Assembly (NCBI GenBank): GCA_000165345.1
Contig: CM000435.1
Location: 768,001-832,000, forward strand
Reading direction: 5' to 3'
Length of the DNA stretch: 64,000 nucleotides
Each line of letters starts with the position of its first letter. Position 1 is the first letter of the stretch. Of the stretch, positions 41,587 through 53,350 are shown piece by piece. The notes below the pieces were generated by a model. The model was given only the letters and a program-made list of their open reading frames with translations. It was not told the origin of the DNA and did no database searches. The translations under genes were made by a program, and so were the position numbers.

Positions 41587-43524
41587 CTACAAGTGCATAT
41601 TATACGCTCTACCATTTAAATTGTGTATAAAGCTAGTTGACGGTTTTGTAACAAGCCATTCATACCATACTCTATCCTTATTTGATTTTCTCCAGATGTT
41701 AAATGTTAGTTTGTCAAATTTTTTTAGTAATATAGGGTTGCTGATAGGAATAAAAAACTCGAACCAACTTATAGGATTATTAGTAAGATCAGAAGGTAAA
41801 GTTGAAAAGCCAACTTCGTTGTAGAGATCGCACTTAAAGTAACCTAGAAAACCGTGAAGGGTGGATTCAGCTCTTGATGTGAATTCAACAGTAGTGAAAA
41901 TTTCGTTTTCCATAATTTCTTCATTAATTTCTGTGGGATGATGGAACGAGAATACTTCTTTAGGCCCTTCTAATGATATTTTATAATGTGATTTTAGTCT
42001 TGAGACAAATGGTATTTCCAAAGTCTTTGATTTCAAATACGAAACTGCATTATTCCAAACCTTTCTACAAGATATAGGCTCTAAATATGACGTATAGCGT
42101 TGAGGAATCATTATTCCACTAGGTTTTAAAAATCTTTGAGCAAAAATTAAGCATTCAGGAGAAAGTTCATTATCTCCAAAGGAGCCAATTAACTCAGAAA
42201 TAATTAAATCATATTTTTCATCCAATTGCACGGTTCTAATGTCTGAATTAATTATGTCTACCTTTTCCCAATTTGCATTATCTTTATAATTCATCTTTGC
42301 TTTCAGAGTTAAAACCGCATTCCTGTTTTTTTCCACACACATAATTTTAAATGAATTAATACCTATATAACTGAATGCATTAAATGCACTCTTAATCAAC
42401 CCTCCCCTTCCTGATCCAACTATCAAAACTTTTATTTCTTCAGATTTTATATTATTTTCAGATAAAAATAACTTAACTGCATGAAAATACTTTTCATATT
42501 TTATGTGATCTCTTTCAAAAACTTCATATTCAATACTTTTTAGATTATTCGACAAAGGTTGAAGTGGCATTTGAAGAACATCAATGTAATTATATTCGTA
42601 TTTTTGTTTGCTGGATAATGGAGGAAAACTTTTTATAAACTTTACAATATTGTTGTATGAGTTCTTAATTATTGATTTAACATTAGAACTAATATTATCA
42701 TTAAAGTAAATTGAAATAGGTACTTTGGCTCTCATAGAATGTTTGAGTACTTCTGAAATTGACGAGCCTGAACGCTTTGATTCGAAAAAATCATAATTTA
42801 TGAACATGCACTTTATAGGCTCTCCAAAAAAACGAGAATAATCTTCTATTGAAATTCTAGATAAATTGCTATCAATTTTTAATGAAAGCCCTATTTTTGT
42901 ATTTGGTGATGCATTTATTATTGTGTTTGTAATCTGCCATTCACTCAATTGTTCATCAATTGAATTGTTTTCATTTATTTCTATTTCTATCCAAATTTGA
43001 ACACCAGTAGAGGTCAGTCCAATAAAAGAAGAAATCATAGATAAGAAGTGTATTGAAAGTTTATCAATTGAAATAATAACCGCATGATAACCAATAAAAT
43101 CGCACCAATCAAGTAATTTTCTGGCCTCATTAAGGTTTGAGTGCCCTTCCGCAGGGAACCGGCCAATAACACCAGTATTCCAATCGCTTCCACTGATTTC
43201 ATAATGTCCTAGAAATTTTGGTTTAGAACTAAAAAAGTTGGTGTCATTCTTATCTTTTACCATTTGGTTAACAGGAACGCAAATGAAGTCATATCCAATT
43301 TCTTTAAAATCGCTCAATGCTCTTTTTAATTTTTTTGAATCGCTAACTTCTGTTAATGCTGGTCCAAAACGATTATTATCATAATTATTTAAATCATTTT
43401 CGCTTAAATTCAGTCCGATGTTGAATATTTCAGGAGAAATTCGAATTGGCATAATTAGCTGATCTGAGGGGTAACGATACCAATTTTCCCTCGCTAAATA
43501 AAAATCAAGAAAAAAAGTGAACAT
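41587..43524 (-). CDS. PRMT5: protein arginine N-methyltransferase 5 (PRMT5/Skb1)
   Basis: 645 aa. SAM-binding motif VLIVGSGRGGLI, then SELIGSFGDNELSPECL, THGFLGYF and the C-terminal WYEWLVT, all near-identical in pattern to PRMT5 family members. Confidence 0.85.
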   Translation of the reverse strand: MFTFFLDFYLARENWYRYPSDQLIMPIRISPEIFNIGLNLSENDLNNYDNNRFGPALTEVSDSKKLKRALSDFKEIGYDFICVPVNQMVKDKNDTNFFSSKPKFLGHYEISGSDWNTGVIGRFPAEGHSNLNEARKLLDWCDFIGYHAVIISIDKLSIHFLSMISSFIGLTSTGVQIWIEIEINENNSIDEQLSEWQITNTIINASPNTKIGLSLKIDSNLSRISIEDYSRFFGEPIKCMFINYDFFESKRSGSSISEVLKHSMRAKVPISIYFNDNISSNVKSIIKNSYNNIVKFIKSFPPLSSKQKYEYNYIDVLQMPLQPLSNNLKSIEYEVFERDHIKYEKYFHAVKLFLSENNIKSEEIKVLIVGSGRGGLIKSAFNAFSYIGINSFKIMCVEKNRNAVLTLKAKMNYKDNANWEKVDIINSDIRTVQLDEKYDLIISELIGSFGDNELSPECLIFAQRFLKPSGIMIPQRYTSYLEPISCRKVWNNAVSYLKSKTLEIPFVSRLKSHYKISLEGPKEVFSFHHPTEINEEIMENEIFTTVEFTSRAESTLHGFLGYFKCDLYNEVGFSTLPSDLTNNPISWFEFFIPISNPILLKKFDKLTFNIWRKSNKDRVWYEWLVTKPSTSFIHNLNGRAYNMHL

Positions 43525-44428
43525 TTAATACAATTACAGTTACTATAGTTGAACATGATTATTAATAACTAATTTCTATATTTAAATACTTTTTCGAATA
43601 GTTATAGGTAAAGCAAATACGTTAATACTAAATACTAAGAGATTCACGCCCTAAATAAACTATTTCCTTAAATAAACAATACCAATTATACAGGTATTTG
43701 ATAATTGAAAATTGTTAAATACAATTTTAGCTAACGAATAAACTTAATGGATATATAACTTCAACTATAGGCCCAAATTTAAATTAATAACTGTTGTGCT
43801 TGACCAAATATCTTTATTGAATAAATTCATAATGAACAATTTATATTTAGACTAGTTTTTTAACTTTATATTCCATTTCAAGATTTGATCATTTAGTAAT
43901 TTACTAAACTTCGAAACATATCCAAAAAATCTTTATAAAAATAATAAATAACCCATCCATATTAATGGAAAAAAACTAACAAAATTTTAGTTTTGTAAAA
44001 AAAGTCAGGTTTACTTTAAATGTTTGAAATAATTTCGGGATAAAACGAGAAAAAAGGTAATAAGAATCGTCTTAAACATATGATGATATTTTTTTAATGT
44101 AATACGGCTCGTACATTTCTAAATTTGACATCACAGATCGCTTAAATCAAGTGAAAACATATTTTGCCTTAATCATCCGTCTAGATAATTTCATTAATTC
44201 GTCTAGAAGGCAATTGTTTAATTATTCTGCGCCAAGAATAAATTAGACTTTAGCTAGATTTAACACAAAAATTTATTCTTAATATATAAGATATGAATAA
44301 TATTTAAATAATAGGTAAACTATATTTTTAACTTTATGTTTAATTGGACAACACGATTCATCTGAGAAACAAAAATTATTAACAGAATTATGCTTTTTTT
44401 TCAACTATAATACTAGTTTAAGATTATC

Positions 44429-45331
44429 ATGCCTTTCTTCACTAATACTGGATTTAATACTGAGGAGTTTGAGTCACAATTACATTTGTTTGCTCAAAAG
44501 CTACAAACTATTAACACTCAACAGGATGTAATTTGCGCGTTATCTGAATCAATCATTTGTATTAAAGAAAACACGGTAATTTTACAATTGTATATGAGAG
44601 TTGTCGAAGAATATAGTAGTAGAGCACCACCTGAACACTTAATTCCGCTTGTTTACATATTGAACGATTTTGCTCAGAAATGTAAGTCTCAGGCACATTA
44701 TACATCCGAAGCTTTATTTAACATTTTCAACCAGATTAACTTATATCATACAGAATATATGGCTAAGGCAAGAAGATGTTACAATATTTGGAAGATCAGA
44801 GAAATATTTGATAATGATACATTGAGGAAACTAGACTGCGCTTTATTAGGACTCACTCCACCTGTTCCATCTGCACTCTCATGTGGAAATTTAAAAGAAC
44901 TACAGGCCTTAAATTCAGAACCATATCATCGGGCAAATGCTGTTAACAATTTAACAGACTCTTCTCAACGTAATCAAACAAATAATGACACTTACAATGA
45001 GCCTAATTACTTAGAACTACAATTTAACACACATAATGAAGACGACTTAAAGCTTGAAAGCCAATACTTAACACTTTGCGCAAGCGTAGATAATGTTCTT
45101 AAAGATGCAGCAAGTATTAGGGAGAAAAGAAAAATTATTCAAAACATTTGCTCAATGAATAGAACAAGTAAGCTTTCTTCCAACGAAAAGTTACTTAAGC
45201 TAATAGAAATGGAATGGGATTTGCGTTGTAATATATGCTTAAATCTGCAAGAAACTTTAAATTTACTTGATCATTTACATTCAGAAGTTATTATAAGACT
45301 CTCTAATACAGTAACAACATTACAAGGATAA
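44429..45331 (+). CDS. CID-domain protein (RPRD1/Rtt103-like), tentative
   Basis: 300 aa. The N-terminal ~130 aa follow the CID pattern (…QQDVICALSESII…PLVYILNDFAQKCKSQ…YNIWKIREIF), followed by a coiled-coil region. Confidence 0.45.
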   Translation: MPFFTNTGFNTEEFESQLHLFAQKLQTINTQQDVICALSESIICIKENTVILQLYMRVVEEYSSRAPPEHLIPLVYILNDFAQKCKSQAHYTSEALFNIFNQINLYHTEYMAKARRCYNIWKIREIFDNDTLRKLDCALLGLTPPVPSALSCGNLKELQALNSEPYHRANAVNNLTDSSQRNQTNNDTYNEPNYLELQFNTHNEDDLKLESQYLTLCASVDNVLKDAASIREKRKIIQNICSMNRTSKLSSNEKLLKLIEMEWDLRCNICLNLQETLNLLDHLHSEVIIRLSNTVTTLQG

Positions 45332-45416
45332 CTAAAATTAACATTTCTTAAAAAATAAACCATAGCCTGAATAGATTGTTTTTAACACTAAAATTAATTT
45401 GAGCTAGCTTAACCAT

Positions 45417-46775
45417 TTAATTATTCAATAACTCGGAAATAGACCATTGGAAATAAATTACTGTCGCTGTCTTATCGTCTAGGCTACCCTTTTTTTCAGC
45501 CTCTTTAGTAAGCTCATTGGCAGCTTCAGTCGGAGTGCACTTTAAATTCTTTTCAGTAATTCCCACTAGTTCCTCATCTGTGAAAAAATCAGTGATTCCA
45601 TCCGTTGCTAATATTAAAAATAAATCGTTTTCTAAGTCAATTTCATGAACTGTAATCTCTGGATCTGAAATACATAATAACTGAGGCTCCTTCATATTTA
45701 TATCTCCAATACTTCTAGATGTGCACAATCCAATACATTTGGCACTAACATCAAAGCTATACCTTTGTTGTTTTTTAACCAGAACTCTCCATGCGCCGTT
45801 ACAAAATTCTACTTTTCCTCCTGCCTTTTCGATTCTTGTCCTTTCATTAATATCGCTAAGCCGATGAATTCTTGTCAAGCGTTTTGCAGAAATTGAGTTA
45901 TTTCCACTTTTGTATCCAAGAATAAGTTTAGAATCACCGCAATTACCAATAACCAATTTTAATTTGTTATCTATGGGATCAGGCCCAAAAATGATACAAA
46001 CTAATGCAGTTGTGCCATCAAATACTTTGTTCTTTCTTGCAATTGAAAGAAAACTATTATTAGTAATTTCAAAACCTTTTTTGATCCCTTTACAGAGAGA
46101 TTCAACAATATAAGAAGAAAAAATTCGAGTGTTATCCACTCTGCAAACCGAATTTTCGGCCCGGCAAAGTGACCTTTTGTCACTAAATCGGCTCATATTC
46201 TGAGAAAAAACAGTATAAATGTTTGTCAATAGCCTTTGATGAACATATTCAACACAATTATTACCTGCATGCCCATCGAAAAGTGCGCTAAAAAAAAATG
46301 TGCTAGGAGTTTGGTTGTTAAAATTAAAAAAGAATTGCTTCTTTGTAATATGCCTGTCTTCACACAAATCTAAATTCTTTGTTGGGCTCGGAATTACGCT
46401 GGTTCCTGCATGAATCCCCCTTTCCAAAAATGGTGTGCATTCATCTTCTACATGCGCAATATTAATTTCTTTATTTGAAACTTCTTCCAACTCGAAGTTT
46501 GTACTCATTTCAATCAGTCTCAATTTCTCTTGGTCAAGTCTGAATAACTTTGATAATGAGCTGCTGTAGTAAACGTCATTATCTTTATTATAAAGCCATA
46601 CCGAATTATCGCCTACATACCAACCGTGTTCTTCGTCCAGCTTATAATTAAAATCATTCAATTCTTCATGAACAAGCAAAGGCGTACCATTCATATTCGA
46701 AAGATTGGCGTTTAGTTTATCGTGTTTCAATGTACCTTGATAAGCCTCGATAGTCCTGTCATTATTATCTTTCAT
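45417..46775 (-). CDS. PP2C-family protein phosphatase (second copy)
   Basis: 452 aa. PP2C motifs: ALFDGHAGNNCVEYV, GTTALVCII, GNCGDSKLIL, ATDGITDFF. Confidence 0.8.
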   Translation of the reverse strand: MKDNNDRTIEAYQGTLKHDKLNANLSNMNGTPLLVHEELNDFNYKLDEEHGWYVGDNSVWLYNKDNDVYYSSSLSKLFRLDQEKLRLIEMSTNFELEEVSNKEINIAHVEDECTPFLERGIHAGTSVIPSPTKNLDLCEDRHITKKQFFFNFNNQTPSTFFFSALFDGHAGNNCVEYVHQRLLTNIYTVFSQNMSRFSDKRSLCRAENSVCRVDNTRIFSSYIVESLCKGIKKGFEITNNSFLSIARKNKVFDGTTALVCIIFGPDPIDNKLKLVIGNCGDSKLILGYKSGNNSISAKRLTRIHRLSDINERTRIEKAGGKVEFCNGAWRVLVKKQQRYSFDVSAKCIGLCTSRSIGDINMKEPQLLCISDPEITVHEIDLENDLFLILATDGITDFFTDEELVGITEKNLKCTPTEAANELTKEAEKKGSLDDKTATVIYFQWSISELLNN

Positions 46776-46885
46776 TATACATTTTGTTGGAAATAATAAT
46801 TATCACTTTGAAATTACCGCCAATCCCCTTTTAAGAATCTTTAAATAGCAAAAAGTTATTAATACAAGTACCATAAAATAGATTA

Positions 46886-48328
46886 ATGTTTGATACTCTA
46901 AAAATTAAGTTAGATGGACCAGATGCATATCTTCTCGAGGAGGAGGAAAAGGTCAAGCGATCAGTGGTACTAAATAATATGCTTAGGTCTGCAATTCAAT
47001 CAAGAAATAAACCTGACACATCAAAAATGGTAGAGACATCCGAATTCATTAATATCTCGTCATTAAAGCGCAAAAGAAATACAAGCAATGAACAATTTTT
47101 AAGAAGTAAGCTTAATTCAAACGGTGAAAGGTTAGAATCTCGAAAGTACAATTTTTTTGGAGCTGGAAATGAAAATGATGCTCAGGGTTTAGATAAAATA
47201 ATGAAACTGCCATGGGAGAAGATTCCTAGATATTTATACAAGTCTTCTGGAGTTGATTTATTCTTTATTCACTTAAACAACGAAATAGTGCAATTAGTTA
47301 AATGGCTGGAGCTGACTAATTCTGAACATATGTTAAGAACTAGAGCGCTAGCAAGAATAACATTAATTTCTCATTCCCTATGGCCTGGTTCAAAAGTCCA
47401 ACCCTTTGGGAGTTATTATACAGGCCTTTCTCTACCAACAGGAGATTTAGACGTTTGTATTTTGAATGTTCCGGGAGACCCTAAGAGAAGACTTCGTGAA
47501 TTTGCAAGCATTTTAAAAGAATGGAGACTCTGTACAGGAATTGAACTTATTTTGACAGCGAAAGTTCCTATTATTAAATATGTAGATTCAGAAGCATGTA
47601 TTTCCGTTGATATTTCTCTTAACCAAGAAAGTTCAATAGATACAACTAAACATATTTCGGAATGCCTTAAAAAATTTAGTACATTGAGGCCTTTATTAAT
47701 CGTTATAAAGCTATTTTTAAGACAGAGAGGTTTAGATGAAACTTACCTTGGCGGTCTCGGATCATATTCTCAGTTCTGCTTGGTTTTATCGTTTTTACAG
47801 CAACATTCATCATCCTACTCGCACACTCTCTATAAATCAACAACATTAGGGCATTTACTATTTGATTTTTTGGAACTGTTTGGTATTGTATTTAATTACA
47901 GTAGCACAGGGATTCGCTTAAAAGGGAAAGGTGAGTATTTTAATAGACGAACAACAAAATCTGATTCAACATTATTCTTGGAATCTCCCTTGCCACCTCA
48001 TAATGATTTGGGAAGGGGTGCATTTAAATACAATGATGTGAGAGAGTCATTTAGACTTGCATTTTTGGACCTAGTCGAATCAAGAGGAAGGTTCAATAAA
48101 ATATGCTCATCTTTAGAGGAAACAAAATTTAAAAGCCCGGAATACTATAGTATTATCTCTTCTATAATTTGCACGGACTATGAGCTTTTTCAATGCAGAG
48201 CAAGAACTGTTGATAAAACACAACTTTCAATAAGCGCATATAGAAAGCCTCCATATATTTCTAATGAAATTATCAAAAAAGTGAAATTAGAGATGGAAAA
48301 ATTGGATATAAATGTTAATGCTACTTGA
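46886..48328 (+). CDS. non-canonical poly(A) polymerase / terminal nucleotidyltransferase (Trf4/Cid1/Gld2 family)
   Basis: 480 aa. Nucleotidyltransferase motif GSYYTGLSLPTGDLDVCI followed by a PAP/25A-associated region (…LGGLGSYSQFCLVLSFLQ…). Confidence 0.7.
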   Translation: MFDTLKIKLDGPDAYLLEEEEKVKRSVVLNNMLRSAIQSRNKPDTSKMVETSEFINISSLKRKRNTSNEQFLRSKLNSNGERLESRKYNFFGAGNENDAQGLDKIMKLPWEKIPRYLYKSSGVDLFFIHLNNEIVQLVKWLELTNSEHMLRTRALARITLISHSLWPGSKVQPFGSYYTGLSLPTGDLDVCILNVPGDPKRRLREFASILKEWRLCTGIELILTAKVPIIKYVDSEACISVDISLNQESSIDTTKHISECLKKFSTLRPLLIVIKLFLRQRGLDETYLGGLGSYSQFCLVLSFLQQHSSSYSHTLYKSTTLGHLLFDFLELFGIVFNYSSTGIRLKGKGEYFNRRTTKSDSTLFLESPLPPHNDLGRGAFKYNDVRESFRLAFLDLVESRGRFNKICSSLEETKFKSPEYYSIISSIICTDYELFQCRARTVDKTQLSISAYRKPPYISNEIIKKVKLEMEKLDINVNAT

Positions 48329-50621
48329 CTCTGTGATAGAAATAGCTATTTCCATTTCTAGTTCTCCCTGAAAAAGTTGCAATACCAATATTTTGCACTG
48401 GAAACAGCCTGGAGTTTGTATTTTGATATATTATAGGCCTTTGATAGTTAAAATTGAAGCAGTTGATAGGTGCATAACTAATTGAATTTTTATATAAATT
48501 ACTATTGATACCAACTCCTCCATTAAATGCATTTAAGTCAGAAAATAGGCTTTTATGCTGATAATTTTCTGTGGTTTCAATAGATTCCCTACGCAAAGTT
48601 CCTTCTTCGTTCATGTTATTTTCTTCGGTTGCATCACATATATTACTAAAGCATTCAGATTTTCCCTCAGAATTTATATTATCAACTTGGACTTCTACAT
48701 CCTTTTTGGAATCTGATGTTTCGGCATAAATTTCTATTTTTTCCTGTACAGAGTATGTGTTACTAGTTTCAGTTTGAACAGTGTTTTTATTATAAGAAAA
48801 AATCGGACGCTTGGATAGGGTCTTACTCCAAAATATGTCTTTTGCAGGGCAAGTTTGAAGAGGATCAAAGACATTTTGGGTAAATTCGCTAGTTAAATCC
48901 TTACTTGCTTGCTTATGCCTATATTCTCTTACTCTTCGTCTGGCAGTATTTACTGCAGAAAGAATTTTAGAAATTGGAGTTTCAGAACATTTGGTGTACT
49001 TCAAATGATTTGGAATGCTTAAGTAGCTTCTAGTATGTTTCTCACCAAAACCATTTAATTTATAAAAATTTGATTTCTCATTTTTCATTCTCAAGTGTTC
49101 GTTATTAATTCCTATAACCGATTTATTCAAATTGTATGACTGTTTCTTATTTCTGCAACTTATCCACTCTGATTCTAACTCTAAATTAGAATTAAACATA
49201 CTAGAACTATCTTCGATAGAAATAAATTGGTCTAATTTGTTTTCGTATCCAGTTATAAAATTTTTATTCATTGCATTATTTTCATCTAAATGCTTATTTT
49301 GATAGGCCTTCAAACTCAATATAGCTGGCTCTTTACTACTTTCTGATTCATCGTACCAATTTTTCAAGTATCTATTTATTATATGAAGTTGGATAGGAAT
49401 TTTATGAGTCAATGAATCATCGTTATCTAATAATCTTGTTAAATCTCCAACATGTTCGATGTTAAATATCAAATCTTCATCTTTTATGATTTTCCCTGAT
49501 AAATTAAATAAAACCAATTTCAAGTCTTCAAAGTTTGTTACTAAATTACTATATTGATAACTCATTTTTTCAACATTTTCTTCGTTCTTTAAAGTCAAAA
49601 AATTATTTTTTAAAAGCGAGTAATAATTGTGAAATTTTTTGATCAATGATACTAGTGTATTTTCATCTGAACAATTATTGTATTCATTTATTTTATTCCG
49701 AAGGCTGAAGGCAGAATTGTAAAACAAACTGGATTCAATATTGCATTTGTCAATAAACAAGTTCAACCCATTACATTGAGCACAAATGATGAAGGAATAA
49801 TTATTATCAAAAATAGCATTGGAAACAATTTCTAGTAAAAAGTGGGACGTCTTTGCCATCATTAAAGTTAAATCACTGAAAAAAGAGTTAACCGAGTTGT
49901 TTATATCTTCCGATTTTATTTGTTTTGAGGTAATAAACATGCTTGATTCACGGATCCTATGATTGTAATCCAAAAAATAGATTTTATTATACACACTGTT
50001 GAATAAATAACAATCTTCAGTATTTTTATCGTAGCTTGCATATTCAATTTCAAAGATAAATAATTTATGATATATCTCTTTTTCAGCAATTGATTTTTCA
50101 AATTGAAGTTTTCTCGCAATGTTAATCATATTAAAGATTTGTACCGGATCATTTACATCAACTTGAAGTACATTTAGATTGCAAACTCCATTATCTAGAA
50201 TAACCTCAACTGGACTATTTAACCCTTGAAATACGTCATATATGTGCTCAGAGTCAGAATCTTCAGATTTGCCACTAATCAGAATTAACGAGCATTTAAT
50301 TTTGTTAAAATAGATCTCATTTGGTCTATGTTGTTTATAATACTGTTTAATAGCTTTCGTTTGAATAAATAAGTTATAGACTAATTCTTCAAATAAACAT
50401 ATTCCATAATCATCTATTTCGGGTTCTGCACCTTCTAGAGGAATTCCAGCAAACTTATCGTTATAAAGAAAATGCTCGCATGTCTTTCTGTTTAACCCGC
50501 ATATTAAGAAACTATTTTCTGATAATAAAGTATTAATTGCTATTGACTTAATCTGAGATTCATTAATGGATCTTTTATCGCCTGCAATCCGAATATATCT
50601 AGATTTACTCCCAATATACAT
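48321..50621 (-). CDS. hypothetical protein (766 aa)
   Basis: Long ORF with a true ATG and no recognisable domain. Its 3' end overlaps the convergent nucleotidyltransferase gene by 8 nt. Confidence 0.5.
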   Translation of the reverse strand: MYIGSKSRYIRIAGDKRSINESQIKSIAINTLLSENSFLICGLNRKTCEHFLYNDKFAGIPLEGAEPEIDDYGICLFEELVYNLFIQTKAIKQYYKQHRPNEIYFNKIKCSLILISGKSEDSDSEHIYDVFQGLNSPVEVILDNGVCNLNVLQVDVNDPVQIFNMINIARKLQFEKSIAEKEIYHKLFIFEIEYASYDKNTEDCYLFNSVYNKIYFLDYNHRIRESSMFITSKQIKSEDINNSVNSFFSDLTLMMAKTSHFLLEIVSNAIFDNNYSFIICAQCNGLNLFIDKCNIESSLFYNSAFSLRNKINEYNNCSDENTLVSLIKKFHNYYSLLKNNFLTLKNEENVEKMSYQYSNLVTNFEDLKLVLFNLSGKIIKDEDLIFNIEHVGDLTRLLDNDDSLTHKIPIQLHIINRYLKNWYDESESSKEPAILSLKAYQNKHLDENNAMNKNFITGYENKLDQFISIEDSSSMFNSNLELESEWISCRNKKQSYNLNKSVIGINNEHLRMKNEKSNFYKLNGFGEKHTRSYLSIPNHLKYTKCSETPISKILSAVNTARRRVREYRHKQASKDLTSEFTQNVFDPLQTCPAKDIFWSKTLSKRPIFSYNKNTVQTETSNTYSVQEKIEIYAETSDSKKDVEVQVDNINSEGKSECFSNICDATEENNMNEEGTLRRESIETTENYQHKSLFSDLNAFNGGVGINSNLYKNSISYAPINCFNFNYQRPIIYQNTNSRLFPVQNIGIATFSGRTRNGNSYFYHRVK

Positions 50622-50774
50622 TTTTTAATTCATTTGTTATTTTTAGTTCCAATTTAGACAGAAAATTCATGTGGCCAAATGTGCAACAAACTGGGCAAAA
50701 TTTATTAAGAAATATCCTACTTTCTAATTTTATAAATACTTAATTATAAAAATCTAATAAAATAGAAATGAGCC

Positions 50775-52412
50775 CTATTCATCATCTGCTAGGGATTGAT
50801 GTTCATTAAAAAGAAGCAGTAGGCTTGCTTCTTCAGTGAAATCATGTTTATCGACTTCAAAAATAGATTCGAATACATATGGTATATTCTCAATTAAATC
50901 AGATGCAAGCATGCTTCTAAACTTCTTTTTAAAAGCAATATATGCCGAAAGCCTTACTATTAAGCATGACCCATATGCAGAATTTACCTCGGGATATTGA
51001 CAAATTTGTTTATCTTCTCTGTTTTTTGTAAAATATTGCATACTCCAATTAAATAGAGTCGAAATGACTCCTGAAAGGACATCGCCTTGTCCTGCAGATC
51101 TTTTATATGAACCAGCAATATTACAAACCGCAACTACATCACCATTTGTTATTATATCAATTTTATCTTTCAATACAATGCAAATATTCCCTAAACTTTT
51201 TGAAAGTTCAAATACCCTGTTTGTAATGCACAAGAATTCTTCTTCATTTACTGTAGGTTGAGAACCACTTAATGCATTTTGGCTGCATCTTTTATTTGTT
51301 TTACCTACTCCAATACAATTCTCATTTAAAACATGCTCATAAAAACACATATTCAAAGGATTTGAAGAGAGTGCTCGAGCATTATTTACCTTAATATTTT
51401 GTTTGTTTATTGAATCTGCTTGATAAAATAAATTGATCTCTTCGCCATCATCATGCATTTGAAGTACTGTATCTTCGACAGTTGATGGCCATTCAGTTCT
51501 GGGAACACGTTCGCAAGGAGACAGCGATTCCGGGAGTCTTTCTTCATTAATACCTAAAGGAAGAACTCTAGGGATATTTATTGAACTATCAGTACTCAGG
51601 TCTACCCTACTTATTTTATCTGAAATTTCTATATGACTTAATGTTGTGCCGGGGCCAATATCAGAGTTTGATTTATTATTGTTATTCGAGCTATTACCAT
51701 TTTTTGTGTCATTTGTTTCTTTATTAACTGATTTTTCTAATCTAAAAAACTCAATTAAATTTGGGGTCAAAATACAATGCTTGTATCCTGATATTAACTC
51801 AGGTTGTTGAGCAATTACATACAATCCATCTGCATCAACTACAATAGGAATAGAGAGGCATCTGCATATTTTTATCAGTTCTGCTGTAATAAATGCAATA
51901 TCTTTTTCTCTTCCAAGGCCACAGCCAATAATAATTACATCCATTTTCCCGAGCCAAGGTCTGATCAAATCTATCGATCTATTACGTGCTTCTTCTTTGC
52001 TTAGTTCTCCATATGAAGGAAACAGAGGATGAACAATTAATTCAGGTGAATATGTTTTTATCGGAATTGCAGCTTCTGGAGTACAAAAAATGTGGCATAG
52101 ATCTGCTCCTAATTTTAATGATGATATTCCTGCAAAGTACGGTGCTCCAGCGTACTCTTTTGAACCACCAATTATACCAATCCTTCCAAGATTGCCCTTT
52201 CTAAGATCGGATGAAAGTTGGGGAATTGTATATCTGACTGAATCGATCAATTTTCCTTGTGAAATAGGTGGGTACCATGAGTATTCAAATTTATAACCAG
52301 ATTTTTTCGGAAGTTTTATACCAGTTTCATCGCTAGTAAAAATTTTTGTGGAATCTTCTGAATTACTTACAGCAATAACTTCTTTTCTAAAACAGCTAAG
52401 AAACCCGTTCAT
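50775..52412 (-). CDS. ATP-dependent NAD(P)H-hydrate dehydratase (YjeF C-terminal/CARKD family) with a low-complexity insert
   Basis: Conserved stretch GRIGIIGGSKEYAGAPYFAGISSLKLGADLCHIFCTPEAAIPIKTYSPELIVHP and the C-terminal GDVLSGVISTLFNW motif. An Asn/Ser-rich insert lies mid-protein. Confidence 0.75.
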   Translation of the reverse strand: MNGFLSCFRKEVIAVSNSEDSTKIFTSDETGIKLPKKSGYKFEYSWYPPISQGKLIDSVRYTIPQLSSDLRKGNLGRIGIIGGSKEYAGAPYFAGISSLKLGADLCHIFCTPEAAIPIKTYSPELIVHPLFPSYGELSKEEARNRSIDLIRPWLGKMDVIIIGCGLGREKDIAFITAELIKICRCLSIPIVVDADGLYVIAQQPELISGYKHCILTPNLIEFFRLEKSVNKETNDTKNGNSSNNNNKSNSDIGPGTTLSHIEISDKISRVDLSTDSSINIPRVLPLGINEERLPESLSPCERVPRTEWPSTVEDTVLQMHDDGEEINLFYQADSINKQNIKVNNARALSSNPLNMCFYEHVLNENCIGVGKTNKRCSQNALSGSQPTVNEEEFLCITNRVFELSKSLGNICIVLKDKIDIITNGDVVAVCNIAGSYKRSAGQGDVLSGVISTLFNWSMQYFTKNREDKQICQYPEVNSAYGSCLIVRLSAYIAFKKKFRSMLASDLIENIPYVFESIFEVDKHDFTEEASLLLLFNEHQSLADDE

Positions 52413-52510
52413 TTAATTTCTATATATCAATATCTTACATACAATAATAATGGCGGATAAAATAGATTTAGCGGAATTAGTGGGAAAAAAATAAATATAT
52501 AAATAATTAA

Positions 52511-53350
52511 CTAAACAAGCTGGTCGGAATCTACCGCCGTCATTCTTATACAAGCTGCTACTCTATTAATAATCTCATATTGGTCTAAAAAGTCTACAAT
52601 GCTGTTTACTTGAATAGCAACTTCAGATTTGTTATTCCTATAAATACAAGAAATATTTGAATCCTTAGAATTAGCTATTACAAGACAACATGGTAAAAGC
52701 GTTTTCTGTCCATTATTCATTGCTTTCGTGCTTGCATTATTCTCTATTATAGTTTTCAACGAAAGGTACAGATATTGTAATCTCTCGTATTCGACGAGCT
52801 TTTCGCGAATATTTTGTTGGATTAATGGCAGATTATCACATGATTGAGAATTTTCCGAACATAAGATGTGATTAATGCTAGAAATACCTTTCCATATTAT
52901 ATTTTTATTACTTTTGTCTATAATTTTTGCAGAAATTAGGACATTAATTGCATCATAAACTCGTCTCCTTATGCTTTTTTCACTTGACTCACGATTTTTC
53001 TGATAAATAGGGTCATTTGCTGCACGTATTGAATCAATAGGGCCTAAATATTCCATTATTAAATTGTCGGCGATGTCAGTTTGCGTAGAAATCCTCCAAA
53101 CCTTTAATAAAGTGCAAATTCTTACAGCAACCTGTTTTAGAGTGCCTTTATTTGATGAATTACCAAGTATTCCCATATATGGTAGAGAATTGTTTCTAGA
53201 ATCTAGATTATATTGATTGGAATGTACGGAGTCTGTTTCTGTAGTAAGCATTTCAAATGTATAGCCAGTACTACCAACATTATTAGCAGATAAGCTATCA
53301 CCGGTATTTACCGGGTTAATATAACTGTTCAAACTTCTAGAATAGTCCAT
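52511..53350 (-). CDS. transcription factor DP (E2F dimerisation partner)
   Basis: Winged-helix block [16 protein letters not shown]…[30 protein letters not shown] parallels the DP DNA-binding signature (KGLRHFSMKVCEKV…[30 protein letters not shown]). Confidence 0.7.
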   Translation of the reverse strand: [279 protein letters not shown]